A DNA stretch of 64,000 nt from Octopus vulgaris (taxonomy: Eukaryota). The notes under the pieces are model-generated. The model saw nothing but the letters and a program-made list of their open reading frames with translations, was not told where the DNA came from and ran no database searches. Position 1 is the first letter of the stretch. Each line of letters starts with the position of its first letter. Shown one piece after another: positions 57,601 to 64,000 of this stretch. The translations under genes and the position numbers were made by a program. The DNA lies in contig OX597815.1 of the NCBI GenBank assembly GCA_951406725.2, forward strand, positions 201,934,001-201,998,000, given 5' to 3'.

Positions 57601-59479
57601 GTATTTTCATGCAAACCCATGCAAATTGTACTATCCCACTTCACTTTTTAACAAGAAACAACTTCCATTGTGTGACAACCGTCAGTAATGTAGAAAAATA
57701 TTTAAGCTAAACGTTGTGAGCCAGGCAGAAATTTATTAATCGAACGTGTTATATGGGCAAAATTGAACCGTTAGAATATGTAGAGTTTCCTTAATAAATG
57801 TTTCAGCAGCTGAGTTTTCGTATGTGGTCTTTCGCCAAAGGAAATAATACATAAGAGAGTAACTAGTTCAACTGATATCATTTTTCGGTTCACGAAAATA
57901 TTGTGCATAATGTATAGGCTTTTACATGTCTTCTTATGAGATTGATTTCATATTTATAAATATATTCTGTAAGGCAGCGTTACAATGAATTATAGAGTAC
58001 TTCATAGATCATTGTGCTTATGTAAAGCTTTCCGCATTTCCATTTCCAAAAACAGACTGTGTCTGTATTAAACAGTTTGTGTATAATATACGTGGTTTCG
58101 TGTGTGTACATAGGAATAAATATATGTTTAGTCGAGCATGTGTACATGTATATGTGTTTATATTTGTGCAAACCTCCGCTGGCTAGGTTATGTAGAGCGT
58201 GTGTTAAATAATAGGTTCTCAAAGAACTTGTGTCACAAATTTTGCTGCAAATTCTTTCATTCGCAACTCCTCGCTCAAGATTCGTTGGCAGGAACTCCAG
58301 AACATACCAGTCATATCAATTAGTTCGCTAACTGCTCGACTGAGGTCCTCCAAGATCAGTTTATGTATTTTTGTGATGTTTTCATTCATTCGGGAGGCAG
58401 ACAGTCGCTCTGAACGAGGTTAGTCTTCAGGCGACAAGTAACTATTCCCAAAGTATGAAAAAAAAGCACTCCTAAATTTATGTTTTGCTCATGGCAGCAT
58501 CCTTGTAAGCTGTGTGAAGAATGATAACTGTTTCGACCGCCGTTTTCTCCAGCGGAAAACAGAATTTCACGGAATCAAGCTGTTCCTTTGTTTCCAGCCA
58601 TCAAAAGAATCGACGAGTATAGGAGAAGCAATGCATACCAAAGACGCTCGACGTTGCCGCATGATCTCAGAGGCCCGACTGGTCGGCAGACTGATGCCTG
58701 AGGGTCGCAACAAGTGGCTTCTAGCAGCGGAAATCTGAAATAAAACGGGCTTGTCCCACAGAGAACGTGTGTGTGTATGTATGTTTCCGTATACTCAGAT
58801 GTTCTTCTAGAAGATTACCTAGTCGCAGATTTATGATTTTGGGAGACAAACAAACGCTTCCATGTGTGTGTGTGTGTGTATGTGTATGTGTGTGCGTACG
58901 TACGTGTGTGTGTATTTGTGTGTATTTGTAGAGTAATATATAAATGCATGCAATCGTTTGGCTATGACAGAAATCTCCTCTAACAGACTGGACTATCAGA
59001 ACGCATCAGTAATCCAACACACAGGAGCATAATGCATATTGCTATGCAGCTGATATCCAGGCGATCTGATCGATAATCATATTTTATGATGAGTATATAA
59101 ATCATAACAAAGTTAGGTAGTAAGAGTGTATAGAATATATGAGTGTATAGCAATTATTTTTACATATCAGCACTAATATACATGCTACGCACTATAAAAT
59201 ACTATTATATATATATATATATATATACAAATCAGTGTAGATAGAAAAAATTAGCTCATCAGATCAGCAGAACCCCATGGTCCCAACGATGCTTCTACTG
59301 TATGGATACTTCCAGAATTTTGACTTTATACATACAATGTATGGAAGACTGAAACTGAATATATAATATTATCTATGGTAATTAGAATTAAAATATATTG
59401 TTTCATGTCAATTAAGGTGCTGGATCTAAATTACGAGAACCAACATTTCTAACGTTAACAAAGACAAATAGGGAGAGGA

Positions 59480-59935
59480 GAGTACTTGAAGGAGTTGTAC
59501 TAACTAAAAAAATATTATAAACAAATTCACTAGAGAACAGAGATCAGGAGTTATAAAGATTAAACCAACAATGCTAGAACGGGACAACACTGCATAGTGC
59601 CAAAATCCCAGCAATGCCATCACGCTTCAGACCAGGTACTGCAACAGCCTGGGTTTCAAGATCCCACAGCTTTTTAATATTCTCCCAAAGAGTCTGAGGA
59701 ACTTGCACAAAGTAGATGTAGCGGTTTTTAAATCAAAGCTGGACCTCTTCCTGTCGAGAGTCACAGATGAACCTACCTCACGGCAAGAGGTGCAAATGAG
59801 GGTGGCTATATCAAATTTCATTCTTCACCAAGTGCTACATGCTACTAAGAGGAGGCTCTTAGTAATAACAGTGCAGCGCAAAACGGCGGTGCATCAGTAT
59901 GATCGCAGCTCTGAGCTGAAACTAAAACGAAAAAA
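59480..59935 (+). pseudogene. CR1-group LINE 3' end with tail
   Basis: NSLGFKIPQLFNILPKSLRNLHKVDVAVFKSKLDLFLSRVTDEP...ISN, then GGCGGTGCATCAGTATGATCGCAGCTCTGAGCTGAAACTA. Confidence 0.75.
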
Positions 59936-60248
59936 TAGAAAATTAATATTCCCAAGCTCTTATTTTCAAAAACTGTCAATGAACTGCAGTAAAACTAGAA
60001 CGATACTCAGAACTACATAGAATAACTTACACGCGAACACATAAACCCACCACACATAATAAATATGTGGGTGCGCGTGTGTGTCGTTGTAGAGAGAGTG
60101 AGAGAGAGCTAGAAAGACTGATATATAAACGTTTCCATGTATGTATGCATATATATACACCTTTTTATCAACATTTATCAATCAATCTGTCTATCTACGT
60201 ATTTATCTACCTATACGCACTCATAAACATTTGTATATATATATGTGT

Positions 60249-60288
<40 letters not shown>

Positions 60289-60528
60289 ATGTGTATGTGT
60301 GTGTGTGTAATATATGAGTGTATGTATATATATTTTATACCATCTTCACAAAAAATAATTTCATTTTAATTTGCATCATATTTCTTTCTCATCTTTTTGA
60401 CGCAAAGTTGAACATGTATATTCTAAATATAGTATCCTTTTCAATGTGCAAATAAAACACCTAATTGTTGCCAAATGTTATTATTTCTGTTTTGCAATGA
60501 AGCTAAGATCTTCTAAATACTTTGTATG

Positions 60529-60613
<85 letters not shown>

Positions 60614-60637
60614 TATATACATATATATATGTGTGTG

Positions 60638-60679
<42 letters not shown>

Positions 60680-61715
60680 TATATAACATACACATATATA
60701 CATATATACATGTATAAATATAGGTATGTATATATGTATGTAGGCATGCAAGTATGTAGATGTATATGTAGGCATAAGCAATTTCTATGTATACTAGTTA
60801 CTTCCAATCGATCTTCAGGTTGTATTGATTTCGAGTCTGTTTTATGCTGTCCTCAATAGATAATTTTTCATTCAATTTTTCATTCATTATCTTCATTTGA
60901 TGTTTTCACTCCTTTAAGCAAACATCTAGTGTTTGTCAAGATGTATACAGAAAAGACTACGAAAATTGCATATATTTACATCTGCAGCCGTTTTGCATCA
61001 ATATACTTAAAATTTATACGACATATTCAATGGATTCTATTTCTTAAACTTCTTCATTACATAGAATATTTTATTGTATATTGCTCAAAGACATGAATAA
61101 AAAAATAAAATATGTATATATACGAAGATTCTATCTACAATATAATAAACCCAATGTTCTGTACTGTGTATTTATATGTTGATAACATCTTATGTAATAT
61201 GTATGTTGCATAATAACAGAAATGTCTTTGCGAGATATATCTGTATAATAATTAAATGCAGTTTATTGAAAGAAATAAAATACGCCTTATAATATTTTTC
61301 CTTTGGTAGTGTAAACATGTATTGACGCACGTACACATCAAGAAATCTCATAAAGAAGAAACTACATAGAAATAATTCCCTCAATGCAATCATATTTATA
61401 CATTTATATATGCAAATAGCAAACATACAAAGACACGAATGAAATACATATATACACACACACATGCACATACATATATATACACACATATACATCCACA
61501 CATATATGTACACATATGTATATATACCTTTATATATGTGTATATATATAAGCACACACATTTGTATATATGTACGCATACACATATTTCTACCTATATG
61601 TGTGTTGTGTACGTGTGTGTATTGTGTGTGAATTCAGCCTTTGCATACAAAATGCAGAAAAGTAGACTGATATATTTTACATTTAGTATTCTGCGCTTGC
61701 ATCAATATTCATGTG

Positions 61716-61834
<119 letters not shown>

Positions 61835-61858
61835 GTACATAAATATACGCACACACAG

Positions 61859-61889
<31 letters not shown>

Positions 61890-62605
61890 TATTCTTGCAA
61901 ATGGTAATCTAAACCCAATCTTTTACAGGAATGTTTAGAACACAGGGTCTCATAAATTACCGACAAACATTTCTGAATTGTACAAGCTCTCAATTGGAAA
62001 TTATAGATCTAAAGGAACTGCATAAGGCTGCTCCAAACATCACGCAAAACTCTTTATCCTTTTAATATATACCCAAGACAATCATCGACTTCTTTTTGAA
62101 CCACGTTTTAAGCAAACTACTTATGTCTAAATGACACGGAATTAATAAATCATATGTAAAATACATTCTGGTATTTTGATATTGTACTCTTATGCTCATA
62201 TTTCCATTAAAGTAGATATGTGTCATTTACCCGCATTGGTAACATTCACTATGATTTTGGCCTATAACTTTGAGAGAGTGAAATAGAAAAATAAAGGAAA
62301 CATCATTATTCGATATCCCACACCTTACGGACACAACGATTAGGGAAGAACTCTCATACTGGAGGTCTGTCCAAGCTCATTTCGGAATTCGGTTAGTATT
62401 ATCGCTGTTACAGAAACTCAGATGATTTATAAATATTAACAGTCTTCTCTTCTTAGGCAACAGATCACCTCTCAACGTTTTATGAGATTAAAATAGTTAC
62501 TGATAGAGAAATATATAATTACACATATATATATATATATTTGTGATTCGCCATGCACACTTATGGATCACTGGCTCGAAATTTTCACCTATAATATTTG
62601 TTGAG

Positions 62606-62697
<92 letters not shown>

Positions 62698-62704
<7 letters not shown>

Positions 62705-63565
62705 TTATATATGAGGATAATATCGATATTTAAGTGTCGAAATTATCAAGTGGCCAGCATGAAGGAAATACCTTACAACGGTAAAAAAAATTTTTAACAA
62801 TTAAAAATGAGGGTGTCTAAAAGACACCAACATGCCGAAATAGCAGTCGAAACTCTGACTATAAAACCACGTTAAATGTTCATATCGCACCATGAGGTAA
62901 AGCGGAGGGACAAAACATACAAGCAAAAATTATTGAATAATTCAAGATCCAAGGATTTCTGGTTCTGCTTTAGATAAGCTTTACCGTCATCAATTGAATA
63001 TATCAAGGGTACATAAATACAGATATATATATGCACAGCAAACGATATACTTACATATACGAGCGCCGTACATACATACATATGCACGTATGGACACAGC
63101 CAGTTTGAATCGCCCGCCAAATCACCGCATAAGTACGATATGGTTAAAATAAGCACCGCAGTGAATATAATAACGAATTATATAAATTTATATATGAGGA
63201 TAATATCGATATTTAAGTGTCGAAATTATCAAGTGGCCAGCATGAAGGAAATACCTTACAAAGGTAAAAAAAAATTTAACAATTAAAAATGTAGGTGTCT
63301 AAAAGACACCAACATGCCGAAATAGCAGTCGAAACTCTGACTATAAAACCACGTTAAATGTTCATATCGCACCATGAGGTAAAGCGGAGGGACAAAACAT
63401 ACAAGCAAAAATTATTGAATAATTCAAGATTGTTAAAACTTTTTTTACCTTTGTAAGGTATTTCCTTCATGCTGGCCACTTGATAATTTCGACACTTAAA
63501 TATCGATATTATCCTCATATATAAATTTATATAATTCGTTATTATATTCACTGCGGTGCTTATTT
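62698..63565 (-). mobile_element. Retrozyme-like element (family H5): 1.5 tandem units of ~483 nt plus an inverted 5' arm
   Basis: Direct repeat 62698-62948 / 63181-63430; 63429-63565 is an inverted copy of 63147-63283; abuts a long (TA)n; contains an HHR. Confidence 0.75.
62940..62999 (-). ncRNA. Type I hammerhead motif with UUGAUGA core
   Basis: Minus strand AUUCAA UUGAUGA CGGU AAAGCUUAUCUAAAGCAGA ACCA GAAA UCC UU GGA UC UUGAAU: 6-bp stem I, stem III AUCC/GGAU, AUC cleavage triplet. Confidence 0.65.
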
Positions 63566-64000
63566 ACAAAACCAGAAACTTCTTAATGACCTACAACAGG
63601 CACTAATCTCTGGACAATAACAAAACTAAGAATAAAAAAAAACTTTCACGTAAGTTTATGATGTTCTGTGTTATATTTCAAATCTTGAATGCTGTGTGTT
63701 TGATTCAAAGTCAATGAAGATCGGCTTGAAACTAAACAGCAACAAAAGTACTATTAGTAAGAAAAATAGAGCAACAGCAACAACCAACAATGCAACTGTC
63801 ACCACCAGCATGTAAACCAAGACGCCACCATCAAAACTACCAACTCATCAATTTCTGAATAACCGAACGATTATTAAAATGTTAATAAGAATGGGATAGC
63901 AATGTCCTTAGCTATATATGTTGCATGTCAACACAACCATGTGTATGTGTGTGGGGAGCTGGAGAGTGTGAGGATAGAGTTCTTACCGCTCGAATCAGAA

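Noticed and set aside
58195-58750. Possible Tc1/mariner remnants here and at ~53254-53400
   Set aside because: Only vague resemblance; no TIR pair or translatable motif could be confirmed by eye.

Overview
AT-rich, microsatellite-dense animal DNA with no recognisable host gene. The tRNA-derived SINE families and the (TA)n/(CA)n density suggest an octopod cephalopod (inference). Almost all ORF-track entries are translations of simple repeats. The only long intact ORF (22489-24504, +) is a Penelope-like retroelement (PLE) RT plus C-terminal GIY-YIG endonuclease with a CxCx5C linker, matching the Hydra clade. It is 5'-truncated, sits in a (TA)n tract and is bracketed by ~1.1 kb near-identical inverted arms (21386-22488 / 26733-27845). 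Each arm carries a type I hammerhead ribozyme (HHR), and the element has an unusually long 3' region made largely of compound microsatellite. Eleven further HHR-like motifs in about five short non-coding element families are scattered across the window. Most abut (TA)n, several repeat the inverted-5'-arm architecture, and some carry non-canonical catalytic cores. In one 483-nt retrozyme-like unit (62.7-63.6 kb) the inversion junction falls at the predicted self-cleavage site. Together this looks like a (TA)n-targeting PLE/retrozyme system. The rest is decayed TEs: R4/Dong, CR1-group, RTE, Hero-like and L1/Tx1-like LINEs, a Gypsy pol fragment, a mariner, Helitrons, a foldback element and four SINE families. 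All structures were read by eye; no searches or folding programs were run.
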